A DNA stretch of 54,211 nt from Asterionella formosa (taxonomy: Eukaryota), in the NCBI GenBank assembly GCA_002256025.1, contig NKIB01007262.1, positions 62,001 through 116,211 of the forward strand, given 5' to 3'. The notes beneath the pieces were generated by a model, which did not search any database, was not told where the DNA came from, and saw only the letters and a program-made list of their open reading frames with translations. The position numbers were made by a program, and so were the translations under genes. Position 1 is the first letter of the stretch. Each line of letters starts with the position of its first letter. Of this stretch, positions 40,667 through 53,550 are shown piece by piece.

Positions 40667-42424
40667 GCGACAACTATTAGATGCAAAAGGAAGATTACAC
40701 AGAAGTGTGTGAGGCTCTTCTCAAACTGGTGTATGAAACCAATACCGTTAATAAAGAGCGACTGGACCATACCATTGGTTTGTTTTATGTTTAATTCCAA
40801 TGTCAATTTTAAAAAGCTTGGCCCCAGCCAACGATAAGTTCATTACAAGCTCGTTGCCAGCTCTGAAACCTGAGAAGCCTACATGATAAAGTTCATTACC
40901 AGAGTGACAAAGAGGCTTCTAAACTATAGTTGGGAAGATTCTATGGAATATCATGGACCATGAGGACAAACACATTTTGACACCGTTGTCCCACAAGGAA
41001 CAAAGCCAAAAATCATCATCCTTTCATGTCTTCACAGAAATTTCAGAGTAAGGCGCGCACAAAGCAAACTACCCCTCAATAACTTTTGTTCAAGAAAAAT
41101 TGCAAGAGATACAGCCAGGAGACAAACCTATTCAATCATGCCAAGAGAAATAATGTAATTGACACAAAATATCAAGAAAGTAGAACTAGACATACACACC
41201 AGCAGGAAGGAGCATCACGCTCGAAGGACATCATTGCTGGTGATCTAGAAAATGTGTTCCCAACACTGACACTCAATTAAAATCAGTCAAGAGCAGGAGA
41301 CATCCATGGATGGAGCGTGATTACAAACAAGGACAGCAACTACCAAGAATCATGCTCCCAGGCGCTTCAAGAAGCTGCCCACCATGACCAGGCAGTGTTA
41401 CAGACCACCGCAGAAAAAGGCACAACTCAGTCAACTACTATCATGATTTCAGGAAAGCAAGCGCATACGACCTGAGCAGTAGCAGTGAGGACAGTCTGAG
41501 TGCACGGAAAAGTTGATTGTGACACACAAACAAAGGTTTTCCACAATCTCCCCTTCCACTGAGCAAAAGCGCATTTTCTAGAACAATAACAAACGCCCAG
41601 ACAACGCACTCCAACACACCATTCACTGGAGGATGTATGGTCTGAAATAACCCAATCTGAAACGACTTGGATGATCAGGAGCAAAGTGCACAGTGAAATG
41701 TCGTCAATGGGTACAGAACTTATTAAATGCAAACGAACATTCACAAATATCATGCAATTTGCTCAGGCAAGCTTCTTAGTTGACACAGTTCAAATGATGC
41801 AAGATGATACCAAAGAAATACAGGGCACCTTATTCATAATGGTGGACTTAATAAAGCAATTAGAAACTGCAATGACAAATAGGCAGTCTCCAGCAACCAT
41901 AGGTAGGACTTGCTTGTAATCACCACCAGGTGCCCCCAATACTCAGATCATACCAATCACCCCCTCTCCCTTTCAACCCTTTCGACCTGGCGAAGCAAGC
42001 CAGAGTCGACAAGCAAGCAAACACCATGAGATCAACCACATTCACTCCAGACTTTCCTGGAAAACTTCAAGAGTAGCTATGACATCTGTCATACCATCAT
42101 GTCACCAATAGATCCACATAGTAGCACACAAGGAACACTTTCACAACAACAAGCAGTATTGATACTAGCTAGGAGCATCACAGAAACATGGTAGTCCAGG
42201 CCAAACCGATGCTGAGGCAAGGAACATCACCTATGGAGATTGAAGGGATAGTATTCTCACCATTGCCAAAAATGGGAGTACCATCCACAGCAAAAAAATA
42301 CAGAAATTCAACAAAACATTATGAGATCTATTGCACCACACCTCACCAGAATGTGCGAAACTAATGTGAATTGGAGAAATTATCACCCATGCATCTTGGT
42401 TGTAACAAGGGCAGAACATCATAC

Positions 42425-43735
42425 ATTAACTTTACTTTTATAGCGCCTTTAAACTAGTACTTTATTTGTGATAGTAGGGCATGGCGATTACTGGCGTGAA
42501 CAGCTTGGGTGTTCTTAAATACTAACCCTCCTGATATCATCATAACTTATGTGTTGAATTCTGGCGCTGTCAAGCGGGGATGTGTTGTGCGGTGGGACTC
42601 TATCAACCTGCTATCGATGTGTGGAGTAGTGTAGAGTGGTGCTGAAAAAGTGCGAAAGCTGAATGGTTTTGGGTCATTCTATCTCTTTGTCCTGTGACCT
42701 GAGAAGAAAGTGTAAATTTAGATTTGTGGTTGTTTGGTTGACCGTCCTATGGGTTGTCGGGGTGCCAAGTAATGGTGTGCTTTTTTCTCGGAAAGAATTT
42801 GTGGATGTATTGCTGTCCCTTTCTTGTCATTTTTGCCGATTCCTCAAAGAGAAACTCGGTCTTCTTCAGAAACCGTCGTTTGGAGCCTAATTTGGATCTG
42901 AGAAGATCCTCCAGTGGTTGGTGAAACACATGTCTATCTCTTACACATGTGTCATATTTTTGAGCATACAGGGCTTCACTCCTCAGTTCATATTCAGACT
43001 GGACGATGTGGGCTGGGCATTTCTTCCCTGATGCAGTAGAGCCCTGTTGCGGCAGGTCTTCCCATGCCTGGGTAGTCAGAAGCCATATTTCTATAATCGC
43101 ACTCTGGACCCACTGTAGGGCCTGTGCCTGATTGAATTCCTGAGGCTGGGAGGAGAGATCCGTGCATACCTCAATTGCTACCTGCCACTCTATCGAAAGA
43201 TACCCACGTAGAGTGAGCCCCCTCCCAATTGAGATCTGGGACCACTTTACAGCGTTGCGAATGAGCCTTTTCTGAATTTCTGAGCTGTGAGGCGCAAAGC
43301 ATATTTTAAAATCACTGGGTTGTTTATGGTGCAGAAATTTCAGGAGATCCCCAAATATTGTTGCTACTGCCCGGCCTGCTTTGATCCTCTGGAGATGTGA
43401 GATAGCTATTGACAGCCTCTGTCCCCATACAACCACATTTAAGTCCTAATATAGCAGTAAATGTTCTGTGTTTTCAAATGCTTTACAGTGAGGAAACTCT
43501 GGAATTCCTTTTGTCAGAAGGAACCTTCTCTCCCCTGTGGCAAGCCAGCCATGAAAAAATTTTGTGAGCATAGTTTTCTCCTGGTGTGTCGTTTTACCAA
43601 ATGTACTTGAAAATGCTTCCCAATGAATGCTATCATAGCTAGGCAAAGGTGGTTTTGTGTTTGTGAACGAAAAATTCCCTACATGATTATTATTGAATTT
43701 GCTGTGGTGCGTATTCGGTGTGCCATTGAGCAAGG
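42425..43735 (-). mobile_element. Non-LTR retrotransposon (LINE) 3' fragment
   Basis: IHWEAFS...LTKFFHGWLATGERR...PHCKAFENTEHLL is a degenerate C-terminal zinc-knuckle region. It is followed by a W-rich tail ORF (43436-42747) and AATAAA near 42462-42467 on the minus strand. Confidence 0.7.
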
Positions 43736-43749
43736 GCAGAACATCAATG

Positions 43750-44560
43750 CTTCAAAAAGGAGGGTGCAGCATGATAAACACTAATAGGATGGGTTCTTGC
43801 ATCACTCAGCATGGCCACAATGGTGAGGAAATGGCGGGAAAACGGGCTTGGCAAGTAAAGGCTTCGAATTAAGGGTTAGTACCATCACCTGGTGGTCATC
43901 ACGGCATATCAAGTCAGTCAACGCTCATTAAGTGATCTAGGAATGGACACAGCATTCATGCAACAATGGATAATCCTGAAACAAAGCAGCAAGGATCCGG
44001 TGAATCCATGAAAAGTCTTCTGGCGGGATCTCTCTGCCCAATTAAGCACTTTTCAAAGCAACAGAGATGAAATCATTCTCATATCAGATGCGAATTCATA
44101 CTCAGAAGATGAAGGAATAATAGAACTGACCAGCTACTACCATGGACTACTTGACTTGCTTACAATCATTAATGACTTATCTCCACCAGATAGATTTCAT
44201 GCTTGGATCACATACAATCTCCCTACTAGCAGTCACGAAGAGAGGCACTTTAGCTTGGGCGGAAAATTTCCGATCATAGGGGGTTTGTTTGTGGATCTTA
44301 GTGAGGGTCAAATATTCTCTAAATAGAGCAAGGAGACAGTCACACATAAGCAAAGTTGAATAAGAGCAAGAAACAAGAAGCACGAGCTTGAGGAGTATAT
44401 TCCTGCTGGTCTTGATACAAGATGGGAAGTCCATAAAAATGCTGAATAGTAGACAAGGAGAGTCTTCCAACCATATTACCACCATGGCGTCATCAAGATT
44501 GTTGTTGGGCTGCCTGATCATCTCAGAGTATTTCAATGTTCATCCATTTTTCTCTGTAAG
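43750..44560 (+). mobile_element. LINE apurinic-like endonuclease fragment, decayed
   Basis: QQWIILKQ...FWRDLSAQL...EIILISDANS...IDFMLGS with stops; opposite orientation to the adjacent LINE fragment. Confidence 0.6.
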
Positions 44561-45039
44561 GCACCTGTTGTAGTAGTACTACTACTAGCAGAAGAAGGTA
44601 TTTGCTGGAGTTCAGGCAAGCAAGAATCATGTCATGGAATTAACTCACAGCAATCAACAAAGCTTCCACTGAGCTTCCATGAATCTTATATTTGTTGAAA
44701 GACTCAATATTTCAAACTGGTAGGAATGCACAAAGAGTACTATTCTTCATTTTTAGTAGGATGAAATCCTTGATCAATGGGACAACTGGGACTTGAAAAT
44801 ACATCAACATTGTTAATTCTAATTTGACTCTTTTTGAATTCAAAGTGAAGTATCTAACCAAAAGTATTAGTTTTTCTTGAATATATGAGATTGTTAACTA
44901 TCATTGTATCAAAGCCATTCAACTACCTGGGTAAGTTGATACCAAAGTATTCAATAGGTGTTCGTCGAGTTCTCACTTACTGGTAATCGAGTTCTGACAT
45001 ATTTTCCTATGTAGACATGTATTTTGTGCTCCGGGATCG

Positions 45040-45425
45040 CACACCTGGTACCAGGTACAGTATAAGGTAACCAAGTACTCTACCTGGTACTGAACTTGTA
45101 TTCGAGGGTACCAGGTACCTGGTACCGGTACCAGGTGAGCGATCTCGCTAAAGTACATACATACATAGGGTTAGGTATACATAGATAAATCAGAACTCTA
45201 CTTTGGTGTGTCAACCTAGATACAGTAGGAGATCGAGTTGCACACAAGGATTAACTGATAACCTCATATATTCAACAAATACTACGTACTAAGTACTTCT
45301 CCCGGTAGCTAGATACTTCACCAGGTACCCCCAGGTGGTCCAAGGTCTCTCACCTCGTACCAGTACCAGGTACTAACTGGTTTGGGTCCGTGGTATATAC
45401 ACCAGGTATCGGTACCTGGTACTCG
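45040..45425. repeat. GGTACC(A/T)-rich low-complexity cluster
   Basis: e.g. GGTACCAGGTACCTGGTACCGGTACCAGGT at ~45107-45136. Confidence 0.8.
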
Positions 45426-46267
45426 GAGTGGCACCACGTGTATCGGGAATCATGTGTGCAAGAGTTTTCATCCGCCGGGCACAGAAATACGACCGTTATC
45501 ATGCTAACGGGTAGTCAAAGGGACGGGAGGTCTACACGACTGCCGAACCAGTCACGACTTATCGTGTAGAACTCAATCCCTTCTTCGTTTGAAGGTGCCT
45601 GGAGTAATGTGGTATTTACTGGATGAGAACATTGGTGTCCGCCCACCCAGGATTGCATCCGGGAACGGCACTCCTGCTTCTGATAGGACTGGGCACGTAC
45701 CTGCATGAAAATGGTCAACTGCTCACCTTTTCGTTTCCTACATACACACATGTATTTGTCGCTTTTGAGCGAATTCAAATCGGAGAGTTGGATTCAAATG
45801 TGAAACGGCACATGGTGAATCTAAGGGTCATATAAGTCATACACATTTATTTAGCACATATTGAATCTAATTATGTTATGCTCAATACTTCTACAAAGCA
45901 GGCCGATGTGATCGCCAACGCTCGTTGGGAGTTCACGTTTGTCGTTCGGATCCCCCTAGCTGTTGAATCCTACCAGCATCCCTGCGAGGCAACCAGAGTC
46001 TTTCATCGTAGTGGCATGCTTGGTATCAGGTCACCCAGCTTCGTTTAGTGGATTTAAACCTTGTTTGAATCTTGTGCACAAACTTGTGTATACCAATTAA
46101 ACCCGCACAGAGCCAGTTTAGCTGGGATACGGTACCAGGGTACCAGGTACCCTAGTACTACCCCTGTTCAATTCTCGAGTTTACCCGCACGGGTCAGGTC
46201 AACATCAGAAAAGCAAACAATTTTTTCTCATAGTACGACAAGGTCCAATTTCTTAAGCAACCCAACC

Positions 46268-47093
46268 ATGAGAGTCTCCGTATTTACCTTTGTGTGCCTT
46301 TCAGCAGTGGTTAACGCCAAGCTAGCTGTTCGAACTCGACGACATGCTATCGTTCATTCCGAGCACAAGAATGAAGGACCTGACGAAAGAGCCCTTGTAG
46401 AAGAGGAGGAAGAGACATACTTTGGAAGAGTGATGGCAGGTGTGAGCAGCTATCCAAAGGTAAGCATACACCATTGTTATACTCTAATAGTGCACCATTG
46501 CGCAGCTCTGCTTGAATGCTTCGTCGCGCTGAGCGGTTGGAAATGTCTTGATTTCATTTGCTGTGCTATGAATCAGTTTAAACTGCCCGTTGCATTGGAC
46601 TTCGCTAAAATTATTTGCAATCCGATCTTCAACATAGGACGGAAAGGGCTCCCCAGTACCAACCGATGACTATGCACCATCCAGCAAGAGCGGCAAAGGA
46701 AAGGGCTCCAAGGGAGGTAAGGGCTCCAAGGGAGGTAAGGGCTCCAAGGGAGGCAAGGGCTCCAAGGGAGGCAAGGGCTCCAAGGGAAGCAAGGGAGGTG
46801 ACGATGCCTATGCTCCACCATCCAGCAAGAGCGGCAAAGGAAAGGGAAGCGCCAGCTCCAAGAGCGGCAAAGGAAAGGGAAGCGCCAGCTCCAAGAGCGG
46901 CAAAGGAAAGGGAAGCGCCAGCTCCAAGAGCGGCAAAGGAAAGGGAAGCTCCAGTTCCAAGAGCGGCAAAGGAAAGGGAAGCTCCAGTTCCAAGAGCGGC
47001 AAAGGAAAGGGAAGTTCCAGTTCCAAGAGTGGTGGAAAGGGAAGCTCTGTTGGCAATGAATACGCGTACCGAAGTTTGGGCGTAGAGGCTTAA
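46268..47093 (+). CDS. Secreted silaffin/cingulin-like Lys-Ser-Gly-rich biosilica protein candidate; exons 46268-46459 and 46638-47093, 215 aa
   Basis: Signal-peptide-like MRVSVFTFVCLSAVVNA, acidic pro-region with RAL, phase-0 intron 46460-46637 (GTAAGC...ATAG). Exon 2 encodes (KGSKGG)n and six SSKSGKGKGS[A/S] units and ends YRSLGVEA-TAA. Confidence 0.85.
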
Positions 47094-47389
47094 ACAAGTC
47101 ATCAATAATATATGAATGCAATGTGACCATTGAAGGGATCCAGGAGTGGATGTTGCTGTGAGTGACACATTCTGGCATCCCTTTTATGCACATTTGTCGC
47201 TGCAAACCCATTTCTGATCGAGTGCCCCAAGGGGATTTATTTATTATTTGTATTAAAATCTTAATGTCTACAATCAGGCTAGTGAATGCGTCCATACACT
47301 TAGGTTTATTGCTCAATCTGAAGTTTCATTTCATGACAAAACTATTAGAGGTGATGGTATTACCCACCCTAGACAAGGCAGTATATATA

Positions 47390-47720
47390 TACCGGTACTG
47401 AGCTTTGTCGAAGGTGCTATTTAACCACCATTGCACTACATACCGACGACTTGATGTACCAGGTACCTGGTACCCAGTCTAAACGAGTACCGGTACATCG
47501 CTACATAGCTTTTTTGTCGAAGGTGCTACCGGTACTCCATTTACAACTTTGGACAACATACCTACTACTTTATGTGCCGGTACCTGGTACCCTGTCTACC
47601 TGGTACCTGGTACCTGGTACCAGGTACCCTGTATTCAAGTACATGTACATCGCGAGCTTTATCGAAGGGGCTAGTTAACTACCAGTGCAGTACACAGCTA
47701 CGACTATACCGGTATGTATG
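47390..47720. repeat. GGTACC-rich cluster with three GCTTT..TCGAAGG.GCTA copies
   Basis: Copies near 47400, 47508 and 47653; (CCTGGTA)n run at ~47599-47628. Confidence 0.75.
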
Positions 47721-48038
47721 GCCATGAAAGGTTGTGCTGGGAGTTTTGATTATTTTTCGGGTATGTTCGTAATACCGGTACTTTAGGCTTTATGAAGCTA
47801 TTTTGACATAAATACCGACTCATTTGACTGCCTTTCTTGTAAATGTTTCCTTGCTTTGAGATGATCACTTTTTGCTTTTTTTGGTTCTGCACCAACTAAT
47901 CTTTAGGATCGCAATTGGGTTTTCTTTGTAGCTTGGGTGATTTCCTCCCTCCAGGTTAGAGTTTGCACTTAAGCCGGCCATTTTCCATTTATGGCAAATC
48001 TCCTTGTGGGATGAGTGTTCTGGCATGTGCTTCTCGCC

Positions 48039-48340
48039 CTACCATTGTTGATTGAGAAGTGAATGAAAGGGTGGTTTTGGTCTCTCGGTGCCATTTTCTG
48101 GGGGGTGAAAGAATGTGGGTCTGGTGATCATTTTCTGGTTCACGAACTTGATGAATTCCGCCACCTGCTTGCGAACCCAGGTGAGACATACGTCGGATTT
48201 CCACCAGCCAATGAGCATCACCATATAGTTTTGCATGCCTGACAGTATCATGGCCGTTGATGCTGTGCTACATATGGAATGGATTCTGATGGCATCAGGG
48301 TCATGGCCAAGTTTTGCGGCGCCCAACTCCTGTGCTTGTT
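48039..48340 (-). mobile_element. Tyrosine-recombinase C-terminal fragment of a DIRS/Ngaro-like retrotransposon
   Basis: LGHDPDAIRIHSICSTASTAM...MLIGWWKSDVCLTWVRKQV is a decayed version of H-S-x-R...GRW-x-S-x-A-x-x-x-Y-x-R. Confidence 0.7.
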
Positions 48341-48599
48341 GTTGTATCCTTGCTAGCGCGGTGTCAGCTGTGAGCGTGTAGGTGATGCCACCAGACAAAT
48401 ATAAAATAAAATTTATTGTTAACGCCTGTTGATGTTAACAACTGGATCTAGGAGCTTGTAGGCGGAGAATTACTTGGAGGTGACGAAGGCGGTGAGTTTT
48501 TCCCAGTGCGGCATTCATAGTGGGGTCAGCCTGGTCATGTTCAGTACAGGTCGCTAATAAAGATGTGATGGTATCATCACAGACTGTTGCTGATGCCAG

Positions 48600-50296
48600 T
48601 GGGCAGTTTTGATTGCCATTGAACTTGGCTTGAAATTTGTTGGAGGCACTTGAACTTGATAGAACAAGTGGAACTACACATTGGCATGATGCCATCATGA
48701 AAGAAATGACAAATGTAAGGGTGGCTTTTGACTTGAAAGGGAAAGGAAGTGCCCTACCTATTGGACACAAACTATTCCCAATGAGGATGATCTTCGACAT
48801 AATATGGACTTCACGAGGAAGGCACCACGATTGGTAGCAGGTGGACATTGCACCGGCCTGCTGAACTCATTGACCTACTTGTCTGTGTTATCACACGTGA
48901 CAGTGGTGTCTGAATAGTAGCGTTTCTTGTTGCAGCTCTAAATGACCTGGACATAAAGATGGCAGATATTGGGAATGCATACTTGAATGCGTCAACTGAA
49001 GAAAAAGTCCATTGTGTGACTGGGCCAGAATTTGGCGAAGATGCTGGAAAGATTACCGCTATTGTGATGGCCCTACATGGACTTAAGAGCTCAGGTGCAA
49101 CTTGAAGAGCACATTTTGCGGCAGCCTTACATGAACTAAGCCTCAACTCAAGCTATGCAGACCCCGACATGTGATACCATGAATGAACAGCCTCCAAAGG
49201 CCTTGCTTATTATAAATACGTACTCATTTATGACAATGACATTCTCTGCATTTCTGAGAACCCCAAAAAAGTTATTAATGCATTTACAGAACCGCCTTTC
49301 CACTATCAACTTAAGGATGTCGGATCCCCTAGCCGATGCCTTGGTGCAAATATTGGAAAACAACAATTAGATGATTGCACTGAAACGTGGTTCATATCCG
49401 CAGACATATACTTGATTAACACAATATCCATTGTTGAAGAAACATATGGTCCTCTGAAAGTAATGTTAAAATCTAAACTTGACGCACTAGCCTCCCCTGA
49501 CTATCATCCTGAACTGGACAACAGCAAATTCTTAAACGATGAAGACACTAATGTGTATCAGAGTTATATTGGAATAATACATTAGGCAATAGAGTTAGGC
49601 AGAATCAATTTAGCACATACAGGAGGGGCAACGCTAGCAAAATTCATGACGGCTCCTAATGTCACATTGTTCTAGATTTCAGAGAACGTGACTGGAGTCA
49701 TCTTACATGGATTTCTAAAACTTGGAAGTTTTTTTAATCCCCATGTACATGAAGAAATCCCCAACAATGCTCCTAAACCACGAGGATTACCTGTACTACT
49801 CAATGTGCTTTGTGATGGTTCCCACGCCACTGACCTTATAACCAGACGTTCCACAACAGATTTTATCTTATTCCTTAATGGTACACCTACCAAATGGTAT
49901 TCCAAAAGATAGAAAACAATTAAATCATCCACTTTCGGCTCTGAATTTGTGGCGTTGAAAATTGCAACTGAAATGAATGATGCAATGCGTTATAAACTAC
50001 ATATACTGGGTATTCCCATCCTTGAACCTACCAACACATTTTTCGACAACAGCAGTGTTGTTATTAATGTTACCAAACCTGAATTAACCCTACAAAAAAA
50101 CATAACTCCATCGCTTACCACAAAGTTCGTGAATCTGTGGCCTCTGGCGCTGCATTAAAGTTCACCGTGAACCCGGTACTACTAATTTGGCTGATGTAAT
50201 AACCAAATGGCTTCCTCCTCATAAACATCTCGAATTATGTCGCCGCATGTTAGTCCCTTTTCACTTTCAAGGTGGTTCTTTTCCCTCCTTGGGGAG
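48600..50296 (+). mobile_element. Ty1/copia (CoDi-like) RT and RNase H pseudogene
   Basis: WHDAIMKEMTNVRVAF, ADIGNAYLNA, GPEFG, LHGLKSSGA, DGSHATDLITRRSTT, STFGSEFVALKIA, NLADVITK; many stops and frameshifts; GGGGAG tract at 50291-50296. Confidence 0.9.
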
Positions 50297-51744
50297 ACTA
50301 GTCTGCAAATAAAAACCATAATATTCCTATCATGCATCATAGGATTATTATCATGGGATCATAATTGTTTGTTATATCATCTAATAATTTTGATAAATGC
50401 CCTCTACCTCGTAAATTAAATAATAACCCTTTTGACTTTGTATATTTAATTATTATATGTATTGTTTTTGGTAGGTTCCTGTATTTAAATTTCTTGGTAG
50501 GATATTGTACTAGCTAAAGTACTATACTTTGACTCATCATCTTCATCAGTCCTCATCCCGATTTTTGCATCAATGACGAAATACTGTTAATGACGAGTGG
50601 AATGATTGTCTGCAAAAAAATCTTGAATTGTTGGTCAAGTGATCATTATATCTTTGAGTAATCATCTTGTGAAGTGAACCTATGTTCATAATCATTCAAT
50701 AAAGAGTCTGCAGAGAAGAAATCATGCAAACTCGGAATGGTTCAGCACACAGCGTACATAGTAAATCCATTTCGTCGACCAGCATCACAATCTCGCCAAT
50801 CAACTCACAAAGAAACACATTCTAATAGTTCTCATTGACATTTTTCAATTTTCACATACTGCATCTACAATTGAGATTCAGCATAGAAGGAGATACGAAA
50901 ATGTAAGAGACTGCTGTCCACATAGTTATGGTTATAGAATATAATGAAGATTTCAAAAAGAGCACAAAAAACTTTTTAAATATTTCGATGTTTTAAGTAA
51001 ACAAAAAATCAATTAAAATTTAGTTAGGAAATTTTTTTATCAATGATAAAACGCTTATTGATTTGCTAAATATTTAGTGAAAAAAGTAATCCAGGATGCC
51101 CTTGACTAACTCATTGTGCAGATTACAACACTTCAGCAAACATACGATCAAATGATCCTAACAATATGATGTTATAAGACCAACAATGCTATTTAAATTA
51201 TCATGTACGAAATCAGAACCAAGTTTTGTTAATAGTAAATCGTGCTCTCAACTATACAATCAAATGATCCTAAAACTATGATGAGTGAGTGCCCCCCTGC
51301 CGTAACAACAGTCCTAAACATACAGTGTTCTGTGGCTCCCTTACCACCATTATATCACTTTCTACCTGCAAGTTGCGGTAATTTTGCTGAACTAAGGATT
51401 TAGCTCTCTTTATCCCACATTAAATTGTTTATTTAAACAAAATGACCGCATCAGGTTGCTGTACCTGCAAGCTGCGGTCATTTTCCTAAAACCGACAACG
51501 TGTTACCGGACAGCGACACTCTATATCATATATAGTACTAAAAGACCTTCAGGAAACTTAAGGAAATGTCAGAAAGCTTCAGGAAACGTAAGGAACTTCA
51601 GGAAATTCCTGAAAAATTCCTGAAGTCTCCAAAATTAGGCCAAAGTGAAAAACCGCATATCCTTCGTTCTGCATTTAACGTACCAGGTACCCTACCAGTA
51701 ATAGTTAGGATCATTTGAAAGACCGATAGTGTTGTTAATAACTA

Positions 51745-51764
51745 TTATATATATATATATATAT
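51745..51764. repeat. (TA)n microsatellite
   Basis: TATATATATATATATATA run visible directly. Confidence 0.9.
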
Positions 51765-52291
51765 GTATAGTCTGTACGGAGTAGTCTTTATGTATTCCTA
51801 GGTGCAATTTTTGCGGCCATGAGGTAGACCCTGTACATAGAGGCTTATTATTAGCAAAAACCCTGACCCTACTGTATTTAATATTATGTGCCTAAAAACC
51901 CATATTAAAATCACATTGACCATGTCTGTATTATTCTGTTTATTTACTCAACAATTTTACAACAAAACCGTAATGCGAAGTGCTATCATTAAACGCACCA
52001 AGCGGCGCGGGAGCACACAATTTGGTTCTTATTTGCCCTGGTTTGTGTTTTCAGACTGGTTCTTTGGAGTCAGGCAGTTCAGTTGAAATCGATATTTTTA
52101 CTTCTTGGCTGTTCATCATCTACTGATGATAAGGTTTTGATTCTAGAGACTGGACCACAAGAGTATTAAACAAGTTTGATTTTAGTGACATAACATTTCA
52201 TTATCCCCAATTAAGAACTTTTATTTTCCAGACTTAAAAAAATATTTATCTAGAATCAAATTGTTATTAACTTTTTGTTCTCGTTTTGAAT

Positions 52292-53550
52292 TCAAAAGAG
52301 CTCAATCAAATTGTTTCGCAATTGAAAGTTCTCACCTTCAATCATGTACTTCATTCTAATATTCTTGAAATCAAGAAATGTATGAACATTTTCATGATTT
52401 ACTTGGTCAACCAAAAATCCATCCTGAATATTTTCAAATAGATAGTCAATTATATTTTCAGTTTTCCACTTGTCCTCTTTGATCATGTTGTGCAAAATGA
52501 TGCATGCAATGATTACACTGTTCATAGCAGCCACTGAACAAAGTGTTCATGGAAGTGCAATGATCCTCCACCTAGTAGTCAGTAGAACTCCAAATGCTTG
52601 CTTGACGTCCTTGCGCTGTGCCTCCTGACGCATCGAGAAATAACTCTGCTTTGGAAATTGTGGCTCTGCAGTTGTCTTGACAAATATATGCCGATTTGAG
52701 TATATTCAATCAACCAAATAACAATCCAGATTGTGTTGTTGGCTGTTGATGGTAAAGTGCACTTTTGGAGTCCTTCCAAATGACAAATCATGATAAAAAG
52801 TGAAAATGATCCAAGATATTAAGATCATTGTTTGCTCTGGGGCATTCCAAACCATGCATGCCAGAACTAAAGTCTACAATCAACCACAGCTTCCGAAGCA
52901 ATAGCCACCACTCCTTCTTTTCCTTGATACTATGCCCCTCTGTGTGCTTTGGGACAGTTTTTCCACTCCCATTGAATGACATCCAATGAACCAAGAAGCC
53001 CCGGCCAACCCTTTTCTTCATGCAAATTTAGAATCATCTCAAGGTACTCCTTGGTCGGAGCTCTAAGATTCTCTTTCCCATACCTGTTGATACTTGCGTT
53101 ACAGAAGAAGTGTTGCGGATTGGTGAGTATTGTTAACTCTGACATCATTGTTAAATTGTCCATTTGATCAGCTGACATTCCATAGGATAACATGCAAAGC
53201 GCCAAGGTAGGTTTTTGGTGTGGCGAAAATCCCAGCAAACATAAGTCATCCTTCTTCTGAGAAAAATAAGAATCCAAAACAAACAAATGATTTAGAATCT
53301 TCTCAAATAATGACTGGCTCATCCGTAAGCACCTCCAGAACCTTGCTGTTGAGTGAATCGGATTTTCACTGAAATTATCCTTTTTCAAAAGCTTGTTGCA
53401 GTCTGACCGAAAACGATTGAGATTGGATGCCTTTCCCACCTTTGATCCTCTTTGCTTGTTTCTTTCTTGCTTGGCCTTCTCGCTTTGCTTCCGTATTTAA
53501 TGGAAGTGGACAAAGCGATTGTCATCTGATGAGTCGCTATCATTGCTCAT
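52292..53550 (-). pseudogene. PIF/Harbinger (Pong-like) transposase pseudogene
   Basis: RMSQSLFEKIL, GWPGLLGSLDVIQWEWKNCPKA, NNDLNILD and ACIILHNMIKED; ATG at 53550; several stops and frameshifts. Confidence 0.88.

Noticed and set aside
40700..42420. Possible LINE ORF1 remnant
   Set aside because: Too degraded to support with motifs; only suggested by position next to LINE fragments.
45500..46010. Possible small spliced gene divergent from the silaffin-like gene
   Set aside because: Intron-like signals exist on the minus strand, but I could not assemble a stop-free frame or a recognisable product.
46573..47316. ORF-track proteins PRAAKEREAPA, WSWRFPFLCRS, SFAALGAGASL and LELALPFPLPL
   Set aside because: Alternative-frame and antisense shadows of the 33-bp/18-bp coding repeat. 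Only the Lys-Ser-Gly frame splices in phase to the signal-peptide exon.
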